In this document: positions 29,364 through 38,913 of the stretch, in pieces
Numbering within the stretch: position 1 is the first letter of the stretch
Layout: each line of letters starts with the position of its first letter
Assembly (NCBI GenBank): GCA_027491085.1
Contig: JAIXWW010000011.1
Coordinates: 433,151 to 497,150, forward strand
Source of the DNA: Bacteroidota bacterium
GTDB taxonomy: Bacteria; Bacteroidota; Bacteroidia; UKL13-3
Direction: 5' to 3'
Length of the DNA stretch: 64,000 bases
Notes under the pieces: model-generated
What the model was told of the DNA's origin: nothing
Databases searched by the model: none
The model's input: the letters and a program-made list of their open reading frames with translations, nothing else
Made by a program: the position numbers and the translations under genes

Positions 29364-30515
29364 CTAATCTATTCCAATTGGATAGATTTTAATACTTTCA
29401 ATTCTTTTTATTTTATCCAAGTCTTCGACTCTATAAAAGTTTATAGTCTTCTTTTGTGGTATTGAAAGGTCAATTAGAAAATCAAATGGTTTTGTGAATA
29501 TTATTTTACCCGATTTTAAATTAATAGTTGCTCTATCACTATTGTAGGGTTTAATTATTTTCTGAAAATTATTAATGCCATTATTAAAGCCATCACTAAT
29601 TGAATAAAATGATTTAAAATTATTACTATAAAAATTATTTTCATACCCAACATCTTTTTTGTTTTGAGCGTTTGAATCGTATTTTTTGTATCTAAGAAAA
29701 TTAACAATTGAAAATTTTTCAAAACCATAATCCACTACAGCACTTTTCCTTAATTCATCAAACTCATTCAATTGTTCGTTCAAAATTTTGTTGCAATCCT
29801 TATATAAAATACACTCTATTGAACTTGACTTGTTTAAAGCGATTATATATTCATCGGTTTGAATACCCATACTCTTGTATTCAATTGATTGACTTTTACT
29901 AAGAGACAATGATTTTAAGGAACTAACAATGTAATTTGTAAAGGATTTATAATTTTCTACATTGGGTTGAATTTGAATTTCACAATAAAATCCGCTTACA
30001 AGTATTTTACTCATTTTAAAATCATATTCATAATAATTATTCTTTGTCTTTGATAAGTCTACAACTTTGAAAAGATTTTTTAAAGCCGTTAATGTTGCAC
30101 TTCTATTCAGCTCAATATTTGTAATATTGGAGGCAAAGAGCGAACCGTTTACTTTAACTTCAGAATGACCCTTTTGTTGACAGTATTCAACAATTTTATT
30201 TAATGACACTATTGCTGTTATAGAAACACTATAATTAAATTGGTCAATTAAGTATTCTCCATTAATTTGATAACTTTTAATATTTCCGTTTGATATTGAC
30301 TCAATATTTTCACTAATTAATTCATCATTTATTATTGTTGAACTAGATGTTAAATATGCACCTGAAACTTGTTCAATTGCAGATCTTAATGCTACTCTAA
30401 TAGCATCTTCCTTATTTTTACCTATGGCTGAGGTTTTAATTTCCACTTCATTCCCAGCATTAACACTAAAAGTGAAAAATAATTGAATTAATAAAATAGT
30501 AATTGTTTTTTTCAT
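29364..30515 (-). CDS. secreted hypothetical protein
   Basis: Signal peptide. 383 aa. Tightly spaced with neighbours. Confidence 0.45.
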   Translation of the reverse strand: MKKTITILLIQLFFTFSVNAGNEVEIKTSAIGKNKEDAIRVALRSAIEQVSGAYLTSSSTIINDELISENIESISNGNIKSYQINGEYLIDQFNYSVSITAIVSLNKIVEYCQQKGHSEVKVNGSLFASNITNIELNRSATLTALKNLFKVVDLSKTKNNYYEYDFKMSKILVSGFYCEIQIQPNVENYKSFTNYIVSSLKSLSLSKSQSIEYKSMGIQTDEYIIALNKSSSIECILYKDCNKILNEQLNEFDELRKSAVVDYGFEKFSIVNFLRYKKYDSNAQNKKDVGYENNFYSNNFKSFYSISDGFNNGINNFQKIIKPYNSDRATINLKSGKIIFTKPFDFLIDLSIPQKKTINFYRVEDLDKIKRIESIKIYPIGID

Positions 30516-30533
30516 TGTTTTAAAAATTATAGT

Positions 30534-31514
30534 TTACCAAATAATATTGTATGTGTATCTTGTGGGTTGATTTTTGTAGTATTCAATTGAAATTTCCTTA
30601 TAAGCTTGAATTCTTTTTTGCTCTAAATCATATTCTCTTTCTTTTGAAATTTTCTCAACTTGAATTTTTTCATTATATCTTCTAATTTCCTCTGCTTCAG
30701 CATTTTTTTTATCTAGTGCTACTTTGTTTTGAAAAATTAAAATCAAAGAATCTACTTCATTCATACATTTAGATTCAATATTTATAGAACTTACTATTTG
30801 AAAAATCTCACTTAGAGAATTTTGATTAATTACCCAAATTGATTTTATTTGTTTTAGCTTACTTTCACAATCAAAATCAATCATATTTTGATAAATTTTT
30901 GAACTCAAACTAATACATTTGTTGTGACATTCTAAACATGCATTAGGAACAGAGTTTAACAAATAAATTGCCTCTCTAAAATTATGTTGTAACTCTAAAT
31001 TTGATGCTTCTAGTAAAATTGATTCACAATTATTAGCGTAGTAGTTAATTATTTTTTCCCTTCCCTCTTTAAAAAATAATGTTAAATCCGATGAATTCGT
31101 TTTTAAGTTTTTAAGGGCATTTAGTTGCGCTTTAATTTCTGACTCACCTACACCTTTCAAAGTGAAAGAAATATTTGAATACAATCTATTATCAATGGCA
31201 TCACCTATATAAAATGAAACTATAATTTTAATTGCAATTAATTTTATAGCTCCTGTAATAACTTCTTTATTCAATAAAGTTATTTTATTTGTGAATACAA
31301 ATCTTGGATTAATACTATTACCTGACATACCATTATTTGTTAAAATTGTATTCATTTGATTTGAAAGCATGCCCTTTGCATCCGAGCTTAAATCATTTGA
31401 ATTAATAATGGGATTTAAAATTATTCTGTAAATTTCCGGGTTATTTGATTCATTTTTCTGAGCTTTTAACTCACAGAATTGGATCGATAATAAAAAAACT
31501 ATTAAATATTTCAT
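30534..31514 (-). CDS. secreted hypothetical protein
   Basis: Signal peptide. 326 aa. Coiled-coil-like C-terminus. Confidence 0.45.
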   Translation of the reverse strand: MKYLIVFLLSIQFCELKAQKNESNNPEIYRIILNPIINSNDLSSDAKGMLSNQMNTILTNNGMSGNSINPRFVFTNKITLLNKEVITGAIKLIAIKIIVSFYIGDAIDNRLYSNISFTLKGVGESEIKAQLNALKNLKTNSSDLTLFFKEGREKIINYYANNCESILLEASNLELQHNFREAIYLLNSVPNACLECHNKCISLSSKIYQNMIDFDCESKLKQIKSIWVINQNSLSEIFQIVSSINIESKCMNEVDSLILIFQNKVALDKKNAEAEEIRRYNEKIQVEKISKEREYDLEQKRIQAYKEISIEYYKNQPTRYTYNIIW

Positions 31515-31515
31515 T

Positions 31516-32463
31516 TTATTTTTCTCCTATTACTAAAATTGACTCGCCAAGCCCCCGGATCATCAACTTGCTTGTTATTAAATATGGTTCCTTTTTTAAT
31601 TCTAGCTGTAAACCTCGTAGAAATTTTCTAGCATCTAAAGGTAATCCATCTTTAATAGTAGGTATTCTTACTTGCTCAAAAAGCATGAAATTCTCATTTG
31701 CATCAGTCAAGTTATAAGTACTATTAATTGAATTTTTTGAAACCCATTCTTCAATTATTTGATTAACTTCTTTTCCCCCAATTTCATCTTCTAAATTTTT
31801 ATCCCAATTGTCCCATTTTTTTATCCTAATCACAACCTCTCTTCCATTGATTTGTATATCACTGAAATAGTCTTTCAATTGTTTTAAAAATGGATTTAAG
31901 TTCTTTTTTATGGCATTTTCTAAAATTGTTGCCATAACTTTATTTTCATTCATTTTACATGTGCCACTAGAAACCGCTACTCTTTTACTCGTATATGCGT
32001 CTAAAGCTTCTAATGTAAATGAAATTGAGTTATCTGAATTTAAATTCCACCATATTTGAATAATTAAATCTGCCTTTGCTTGTTTAATGATTTTATCAAG
32101 AGGTGATTCTGAAATATCTGAATTTGATTTTGTACTAGATGTAACCAAATCTTCTCCAGAAATTTTGGATAGATTTTTTATCTCTTGCTCTGCATCTTTT
32201 AATCTAAATCCATTATCAATCATTAATTGACCAATCTTAGAGATTACTAAGCCAATTTCGGTGTCTTCTTGAAATGCTCTTTTATAATCTGGTGTTTTAA
32301 TTGATAAGCCTTGATTTTCAGTTTTTGACATAAAATATCTTTGTTCACACCAATTATCAGAGGGAATCACCATTAAAGTTGGCATTTTGTTTTGACTTAG
32401 AGCTGCAGCTATCCCTAGATGACAAAAAATTAAGAATAGAAATCTTATAAAAAGTAGTTTCAT
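31516..32463 (-). CDS. secreted hypothetical protein
   Basis: Signal peptide. 315 aa. Start is 2 nt from the stop of the downstream gene. Confidence 0.45.
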   Translation of the reverse strand: MKLLFIRFLFLIFCHLGIAAALSQNKMPTLMVIPSDNWCEQRYFMSKTENQGLSIKTPDYKRAFQEDTEIGLVISKIGQLMIDNGFRLKDAEQEIKNLSKISGEDLVTSSTKSNSDISESPLDKIIKQAKADLIIQIWWNLNSDNSISFTLEALDAYTSKRVAVSSGTCKMNENKVMATILENAIKKNLNPFLKQLKDYFSDIQINGREVVIRIKKWDNWDKNLEDEIGGKEVNQIIEEWVSKNSINSTYNLTDANENFMLFEQVRIPTIKDGLPLDARKFLRGLQLELKKEPYLITSKLMIRGLGESILVIGEK

Positions 32464-32683
32464 TAATTTATTTTATTAAATACAATTAGCTTATTGATGG
32501 TTTACATTATTTGTAAAAAGTTGAATACTCATTATTTCTTAATTAAATCTGATTTCAACTTATTTGTTAACAAAAGCTTTACTCCTTTTGGCTCAGGTAC
32601 AATAGCTGGCTTTGGATGTTTAAGTTTTACTTTTTTACTTTTCAAGTTTATAGATGGTTAATTATCATTGTGTTTAAAATTAG

Positions 32684-33142
32684 CTAAATCTCTAAAAAAT
32701 CAGGATCCATTGAAATCAATGTAATTGTTTCAAAATTATTTTGATTGAATTTGCTCCAACTCAAAATCAAACTTTCAATCAACCTTGCTCTTTCAAACTG
32801 TCTCATTTCAAACTCTGGTTTGATATTGTTTTCAGGTTGTAAAATATTATTATCTCCGTTGGTTGCTAAGTGTTTTTTACCTTTTTGGTTTGCTTCTTTT
32901 AACCAATCGTGAATGGTGCTTCGTAATTTCTCATCCGAACATTGACTTGAATCTATAAACCTAATAAGCCTATTTGAATGATTTGGATAATTAATTGGTT
33001 GAGCAGATAAAAAAGGGTTATCATAAATACCAATTTGTTTGGTTGTTCTACTCATTTCCATTCCGTAGTGCCCGAATACCAATGAATAGTCAGTATTCGT
33101 CAATTGAAAAATGTCTCCTTGTATTTTGATTAATTTGAGCAA
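32684..33142 (-). CDS. hypothetical protein (weak macro-domain-like N-terminus)
   Basis: IKIQGDIFQ resembles the macro-domain start I.VV.GDIT, but the following Gly-rich NAD-ribose motif is not conserved. Confidence 0.35.
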   Translation of the reverse strand: MLKLIKIQGDIFQLTNTDYSLVFGHYGMEMSRTTKQIGIYDNPFLSAQPINYPNHSNRLIRFIDSSQCSDEKLRSTIHDWLKEANQKGKKHLATNGDNNILQPENNIKPEFEMRQFERARLIESLILSWSKFNQNNFETITLISMDPDFLEI

Positions 33143-33237
33143 AGTTTATTTCTTTAACAACTGATTAAGTTACAAATAAAATAATTTAATTATCAATTTA
33201 ATAATTTTTTTATCATTAAGTAAGTAAATATATCATA

Positions 33238-33639
33238 GTGACAAAATATTATAATGTAACCTTGTGTATGCATATCGGCTTACGAATTAAGATTGCTAGA
33301 ATTAGTAAAGAACTTAAGCAAGAGGAGCTTGCAGAAATGATAAATAAAACACGCCCTCTCATTTCAAGTATAGAACAAACAGGTAAAGCCAGCCATTATA
33401 CATTAAAGAAAATATGTGAAGTTTTGGATTTAGATATCAATGAATTAGAGTCTTCAGTTGTATCCGAATCATCAGAATTAAACGTCAATCAACGTGAGCA
33501 ATTATTAAGTTTAAAAAATAGAATAAAAGAAATAGAAGAGGACAATGATAACTTAAGGTCACTTGTTTCTGCACAATCAGAATTAATAAAAAAACAAAAG
33601 GAATTCATTAATAAACAAAGTAAAAATCTTAAATTTTAA
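33238..33639 (+). CDS. XRE-family HTH transcriptional regulator with coiled-coil tail
   Basis: IGLRIKIARISKELKQEELAEMINKTRPLISSIEQ is a Cro/C1-type HTH. Sits adjacent to the island right end. Confidence 0.7.
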   Translation: MTKYYNVTLCMHIGLRIKIARISKELKQEELAEMINKTRPLISSIEQTGKASHYTLKKICEVLDLDINELESSVVSESSELNVNQREQLLSLKNRIKEIEEDNDNLRSLVSAQSELIKKQKEFINKQSKNLKF

Positions 33640-33860
33640 TTATTCAGTTTATTATCAAAACTTTTTATTCGTTTAACTTCCTATCTATTGACACCAAGTC
33701 AAAAACCCCTTATTAATTATTAATGCACCTTACTTAATTTTTTTGCATTCTAGGGTGCAAATTGATTACTTTTGAAGACTAAAATTGCAATAATGCAAGA
33801 AAATTAACTAGATTTGTAAGTAAGTAAATCCATAAATCACTCTTTTTCAAGTTTTTATAT

Positions 33861-33932
33861 GGCCTCATAGTTCAATGGATAGAATAGATGTTTCCTAAAC
33901 ATTTGATATGAGTTCGATTCTCGTTGAGGCTA
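33861..33932 (+). tRNA. tRNA-Arg (anticodon CCT)
   Basis: Manual cloverleaf: acceptor GGCCTCA/TGAGGCT (G1-U wobble), D-stem GTTC/GAAT, anticodon stem GATGT/ACATT with loop TTCCTAA (U33, anticodon CCT, A37), T-loop TTCGATT. Confidence 0.8.
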
Positions 33933-33951
33933 CTATTATTAATTAGAGTAC

Positions 33952-34200
33952 ATGTATTTTGTTTACATACTTTATTCTAAAGCTTTTGACAAATACTATA
34001 TAGGCCATACTAGTTCTATTGAGCGAAGAATTAAAGAACATAATCAAGGGTTTAATAAGTCAACTAAACCTTATATCCCTTGGGAATTATTGGATTCGGT
34101 TAAAAAAAATGAAAAGGCTGAAGCCTATCAACTTGAACTAAAACTCAAGAATCTTTCAAAAGTCAGAAAATTAGATTTCGTAAAAAAATATTGTAAATAA
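33952..34200 (+). CDS. GIY-YIG nuclease family protein (small)
   Basis: FVYILYS...YYIGHTSSIERRIKEHNQG is the canonical GIY-YIG motif set. 82 aa. Confidence 0.8.
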   Translation: MYFVYILYSKAFDKYYIGHTSSIERRIKEHNQGFNKSTKPYIPWELLDSVKKNEKAEAYQLELKLKNLSKVRKLDFVKKYCK

Positions 34201-34275
34201 CTTTCATTAGTTGATGTTTTCACTGACGTGGCAAAGCCAGTCAGGATGCTGACATGCTTCGCTTCGTCAGCACCT

Positions 34276-34313
34276 AAACTTTTGATATGGGTTCGAATCC
34301 CTCCAGCTCTACT
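34276..34313 (+). repeat. tRNA-like 3' half remnant
   Basis: aaacttttgatatgggttcgaatccctccagctctact resembles the tRNA-Arg 3' half (aaacatttgatatgagttcgattctcgttgaggctact), about 70% identity, with a T-loop GGTTCGAATCC. No matching 5' acceptor strand found. Confidence 0.4.
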
Positions 34314-34399
34314 TATATGTAAAAAGCCTACTCAATTTTTGGGTAGGCTTTTGTATTATTAATAAAAAATAATTACTTGCACAAAACAAAAATATAATA

Positions 34400-36004
34400 A
34401 TGATAATAATGCCATTTAAAAAGAGTTATTTACTTAGTGCGTTTAGCATAATTACTACTTGCGTAAGTGCTCAAAAAAAAGCACCCGAAAATTGGTTTAA
34501 TTTGGACCCAAAAGATAATAAAGTATATGGTGTAAGTACCGAAAAAACGTACAATGAATTATTAAAAGGTAAAAAACCTAATCCAGTAATAGTAGCTGTA
34601 ATTGATGGGGGAACCGAGGTATCTCATATTGACTTAAAAAATGTAATTTGGTATAACTCAAAAGAAATTGCAGGTAACAAACAAGATGATGACAATAACG
34701 GATATATTGATGATATAAATGGGTGGAATTTTATAGGAGGGAAAGATACCAATGTGGTTCAAGACAACTTGGAGATTACTAGAATATACAATTCCTATAA
34801 CAAAAAATTTGCTGGTTTGACTGAAGCCGAAGTTTTAAATTCAGATAAAGATGAATATAAATTATATAAAAAAGCTGAACTTATTTATAAAAAAAAATAT
34901 GAAAATGCTGAAAGATTATACATGGTTTACAGCAAAATTGAAGAAAGTATATTAAAATTAAAAACCTATTTAGGTACTGATAAGCCAACTATAGCACAAA
35001 TAAAAACTTACCCTGCAAAAGAAACATTTGATAAAATAGCATTAGATAATGTATTGATAACGGTTAAACAAAATAAAAGTATCAATGATTTACTTGTTGA
35101 AATTGGTGAAGGAAAAAATTATTTTAAAACACAATTAGATTATCACTTAAGCAAGGATTTTGATAGCAGAAAAATTATTGGTGATAATTATGCAGATTTA
35201 ACTGAAAGTATTTACGGCAATAATTATGTAAGTGGTCCCAAAGGTGATCATGGTACCCACGTAGCTGGAATAATAGCTGCAACCCGAAACAACAATAAAG
35301 GTATAAATGGAGTTGCCGATAATGCGCAAATAATGATTTTAAGGGTTGTTCCTGATGGTGATGAAAGGGACAAGGATGTAGCAAATGCAATAAAATATGC
35401 TGTTGATAATGGTGCTAAAATTATTAATATGAGTTTTGGCAAGGCATTATCTCCAAACAAAACATATGTGGATGAAGCTATTAAATATGCAATGGATAAA
35501 GATGTATTGGTAATACATGCAGCAGGAAATGATAACCAAAATATTGATACTATAGAAAATTATCCTACTGCTAGGTATTATAATTCTGAATTAAGCGCAA
35601 GGGCTTGGATTGAAGTAGGAGCTTCAAGTTGGAAACAAAAAAAATACCTTACGGCAACATTTAGCAATTACGGAAAAAAAACAGTGGATGTTTTTGCACC
35701 AGGAGTTGATATTTATTCATGTATTCCTGAAAGTAAATATGCTACTTTTAACGGTACAAGTATGGCCGCTCCTGTGGTAGCAGGTATGGCCGCTGTTTTA
35801 CGCTCTTATTTTCCTGATATTACTGCCGAGCAAACTAAAAGTTTGATTAACGAATCAGCAATTAAGTATAATAAAAAAGTATTTATTCCAAGTACAAAAG
35901 TAAAGGTAAAACTGTCGGATATCTGTATTACAGGAGGCATTGCAAACTTATACAATGCGGTACAACTAGGTATAAAAAAAGGCTACAAACTATCAGAAAA
36001 ATAA
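34400..36004 (+). CDS. secreted subtilisin-like serine peptidase (S8 family)
   Basis: Catalytic triad motifs VAVIDGGTE (Asp), HGTHVAGIIAA (His), GTSMAAPVVAG (Ser). Signal peptide. Confidence 0.9.
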   Translation: MIIMPFKKSYLLSAFSIITTCVSAQKKAPENWFNLDPKDNKVYGVSTEKTYNELLKGKKPNPVIVAVIDGGTEVSHIDLKNVIWYNSKEIAGNKQDDDNNGYIDDINGWNFIGGKDTNVVQDNLEITRIYNSYNKKFAGLTEAEVLNSDKDEYKLYKKAELIYKKKYENAERLYMVYSKIEESILKLKTYLGTDKPTIAQIKTYPAKETFDKIALDNVLITVKQNKSINDLLVEIGEGKNYFKTQLDYHLSKDFDSRKIIGDNYADLTESIYGNNYVSGPKGDHGTHVAGIIAATRNNNKGINGVADNAQIMILRVVPDGDERDKDVANAIKYAVDNGAKIINMSFGKALSPNKTYVDEAIKYAMDKDVLVIHAAGNDNQNIDTIENYPTARYYNSELSARAWIEVGASSWKQKKYLTATFSNYGKKTVDVFAPGVDIYSCIPESKYATFNGTSMAAPVVAGMAAVLRSYFPDITAEQTKSLINESAIKYNKKVFIPSTKVKVKLSDICITGGIANLYNAVQLGIKKGYKLSEK

Positions 36005-36011
36005 AAGCACT

Positions 36012-37184
36012 TTAATTTTTGTTCTTACTTATCAATATGGTTTCATATAAATATATGTTTATATGGAACCATATAAAAATACAAGGCACTGCTTTTAGTA
36101 CATAAGGCACTATAATGTGTACTCGAACGTATGGTGGAAATAAATCGGTTGGCGAAAGGCTAGTAAGTAAAATACAACTGATTAGTAAACCTTTTTTAAG
36201 TTTACTTGAGGGCATTAATAAATAATACAAAGCCACACCTACCAAGGCTATATTAAACGTACTCGATTCGGCTTTATGGTTAAAAATAATTACCCAAATA
36301 CAGCTATTGGCAAAAAGTAAAGTACGCTGTGTAGCTGTATTGTTTTTTATAAACAATAAAATGCTTGTGCCCAATATCAATAAGCCTGCACCAACTACAG
36401 CAGTTTTATTTGGTTCAATAAAAAACCAAGTTTTTATCCAACCCATTACCGAAAGACCATAACTTACCGAGTGATCTTGCTGAAGCATTAACCACCAACT
36501 TTTGTATAAAAAAATCAACTGATTTGGGCTAACTACTACTAACGGAATTAACAGCAATACCACAAACCAAATAATTGACCATAAAATAAATTTAGGCTTT
36601 TGGTTATACAATAAAAACAATGGAAAAAGTATCAAACCAAATAATTTTATAAATACTGAAAGCATGAGCATTAATGCTGCCCAATGCGGTTTTTCTGACT
36701 CGAAAAAATGATAAGCAAACAGGAACAAAGTAACCATTAATATATTGGTTTGTGCGCTTTGTAAACTGGTTAATGTTTCAAAAAAAATCAATAATAAAGC
36801 TATTTGTTTTTGGGTGATGTTTAAGATATTTAGTTTAAAAATAGCCCATAACAACAAAATGGTACTTATTAAATTCCAAACTACCAAACCAAGCCAATCA
36901 GGTAAAATAGCAAATGGAGCCATGGCCAAAGCAAAAGCAGGACTGTATTTAAATAAATCGTATTGATCGGTTAAATGATGGATGTAAAGGTCTTTGTAAT
37001 CAATTAAATGGATGAACGAATATTTGAAAATTACATAGTTGTTATAATGCGTGTAAGTGCCACCAAATGTATTATTGGGCAATAAATATAAATGCAAACT
37101 AGCCACTATAGTAGCTAATATATAAAGCCCAATGAGGGTTTTATCTTGCATAAAAAATGCTTTGATTTTTTGCAGTTTTTCCAT
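36012..37184 (-). CDS. polytopic membrane protein (DUF2029/GT87-like putative glycosyltransferase)
   Basis: About 10 predicted TM helices, 390 aa. Family call is tentative. Confidence 0.45.
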   Translation of the reverse strand: MEKLQKIKAFFMQDKTLIGLYILATIVASLHLYLLPNNTFGGTYTHYNNYVIFKYSFIHLIDYKDLYIHHLTDQYDLFKYSPAFALAMAPFAILPDWLGLVVWNLISTILLLWAIFKLNILNITQKQIALLLIFFETLTSLQSAQTNILMVTLFLFAYHFFESEKPHWAALMLMLSVFIKLFGLILFPLFLLYNQKPKFILWSIIWFVVLLLIPLVVVSPNQLIFLYKSWWLMLQQDHSVSYGLSVMGWIKTWFFIEPNKTAVVGAGLLILGTSILLFIKNNTATQRTLLFANSCIWVIIFNHKAESSTFNIALVGVALYYLLMPSSKLKKGLLISCILLTSLSPTDLFPPYVRVHIIVPYVLKAVPCIFIWFHINIYLYETILISKNKN

Positions 37185-37187
37185 CTT

Positions 37188-38741
37188 TTAATTATTTCCA
37201 GCCCAAGTTTCTCTATCAAGGCTTCGGTATTGAATGGCTTCGGCTAAATGTTCTGTTTTTATTTCTTCGCTTCCCGCTAAATCGCTAATAGTTCTGGCTA
37301 CTTTTAAAATTCTATCATAAGCCCTGGCCGAAAGTTGTAATTTGTTCATGGCAGTTTTAAGTAAGGTTTGGCCAATATTACTTATTTGGCATAACTCGCG
37401 CACTTGTGTACTGCTCATTTGTGCATTGCAATAAATATTGGGATTATTGGCAAAACGCGCACTTTGCACCAACCTTGCTTTAATTACTCTTTCTCTAATG
37501 TTTTCGCTTTTTTCGGCTTTGCGTGTATCGGCCAGTTGGTCAAAATTAACAGGCGTAACTTCTATGTGAATGTCTATTCTGTCTAATAACGGTCCAGAAA
37601 CTTTACTCAAGTATTTTTGAACTACGGTAGTGCCGCAAACACAATCTTTCTCAGGATGGTTAAAATAACCACATGGGCAAGGATTCATACTGGCTACCAA
37701 CATAAAACTAGCAGGATATTCAATGCTAAATTTGGCCCTTGAAATGGTTACTCGCCTTTCTTCTAATGGCTGACGCATTACTTCTAAAACGGTTCGTTTA
37801 AATTCAGGTAATTCGTCTAAAAACAATACGCCATTGTGTGCCAAACTTATTTCGCCTGGCTGAGGCACATTGCCACCCCCAACTAAAGCAATATCAGAAA
37901 TGGTGTGATGAGGCGCTCTGAAAGGGCGCATGTATAATAGCGATGAACCGCCTTTTAATCTGCCTGCCACCGAATGTATTTTGGTAGTTTCTAAGGCTTC
38001 GTGTAAGTTTAATGGAGGCAAAATGCTTGGTAAACGTTTGGCCAACATGGTTTTTCCAGCTCCCGGAGGTCCAATCAAAATAACGTTATGACCACCAGCT
38101 GCTGCAATTTCTAATGCACGTTTTATATTTTCTTGGCCTTTTACATCGGCAAAATCGTCTTCGTTTAAAGCTAAATTTTCTTCAAATTCTTTGCGTGTAT
38201 CAATTTCATAACGAGATAAATGTGATTCGTCCCCATTAAAAAACTCAATGATTTCGCGGATATGAGTAGCACCATATACTTTTAAGTTATTTACAATGGC
38301 AGCTTCTTTGGCATTTTCTTGTGGTAAAATAAATCCTTCAAAACCCTCTTGGCGCGCTTTTATGGCTATAGGCAATGCGCCTTTTATAGGTTTTAAATAA
38401 CCATCAAGGCTTAGCTCGCCCATAATGATGTATTTCTCAATATTATCAGCCACCAATTGGTAGGAAGCTGCTAAATAACCAATGGCAATAGTGGCATCGT
38501 ACGATGAACCTTCTTTTCTAATATCGGCCGGAGCCATATTAATTACTACTTTTTGCCTTGGAATTTTATAGTGGTTATTTTTTAATGCAGTTTCTATTCT
38601 ATGTTGACTTTCTTTTACTGCATTATCGGGTAAGCCCACTAAAAAATAACCTACCCCATTGCCTTCGCTTACATTTACTTCTACTGTAATGGTAACTGCA
38701 TCTACACCATAAACGGCACTTCCAAAAGTTCTAACAAGCAT
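37188..38741 (-). CDS. YifB/ComM family Mg-chelatase-like AAA ATPase
   Basis: Lon-like N-terminal domain ([15 protein letters not shown]), Walker [14 protein letters not shown], chelatase-like core. 517 aa. Confidence 0.9.
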   Translation of the reverse strand: MLVRTFGSAVYGVDAVTITVEVNVSEGNGVGYFLVGLPDNAVKESQHRIETALKNNHYKIPRQKVVINMAPADIRKEGSSYDATIAIGYLAASYQLVADNIEKYIIMGELSLDGYLKPIKGALPIAIKARQEGFEGFILPQENAKEAAIVNNLKVYGATHIREIIEFFNGDESHLSRYEIDTRKEFEENLALNEDDFADVKGQENIKRALEIAAAGGHNVILIGPPGAGKTMLAKRLPSILPPLNLHEALETTKIHSVAGRLKGGSSLLYMRPFRAPHHTISDIALVGGGNVPQPGEISLAHNGVLFLDELPEFKRTVLEVMRQPLEERRVTISRAKFSIEYPASFMLVASMNPCPCGYFNHPEKDCVCGTTVVQKYLSKVSGPLLDRIDIHIEVTPVNFDQLADTRKAEKSENIRERVIKARLVQSARFANNPNIYCNAQMSSTQVRELCQISNIGQTLLKTAMNKLQLSARAYDRILKVARTISDLAGSEEIKTEHLAEAIQYRSLDRETWAGNN

Positions 38742-38882
38742 GTTTTATTTATGTAAATAATATTATTAGCAATTATAAGCCGAAACCCAATTTTAAACAA
38801 GAAACCAATTAAAATAGTAAAATATCTTCTCTTATCTATTACTTAAATACATCACCAAATCTTAATATTTATTCTTAACAAA

Positions 38883-38913
38883 AAAGCCTCGAACATTACT
38901 TCGAGGCTTTTTA
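38883..38913. terminator. hairpin terminator downstream of glyQS
   Basis: Perfect stem aaaagcctcgaa/ttcgaggctttt with flanking A- and T-runs. Confidence 0.6.

Larger units (their letters stand above)
10775..33932. mobile_element. putative integrative genomic island (~23 kb) in the tRNA-Arg locus
   Basis: Flanked by the 35-nt direct repeat of the tRNA-Arg 5' half. Contains tyrosine integrase, serine recombinase, ParB-MTase, RadC-like protein and XRE repressor. Core genes lie on both sides. Confidence 0.65.

Noticed and set aside
29708-29902. 64-aa plus-strand ORF
   Set aside because: Antisense within the 29364-30515 secreted protein gene.
34213-34313. A complete second tRNA (Ser/Leu type with long variable arm)
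   Set aside because: No 5' acceptor strand (agagctg) complementary to the 3' end could be found. The T-stem is only 3 bp. Treated as a remnant or tRNA-like element.
35175-35460. His/Gln-rich and Ala-rich antisense ORFs within the S8 peptidase gene
   Set aside because: Shadows of a strongly supported CDS.
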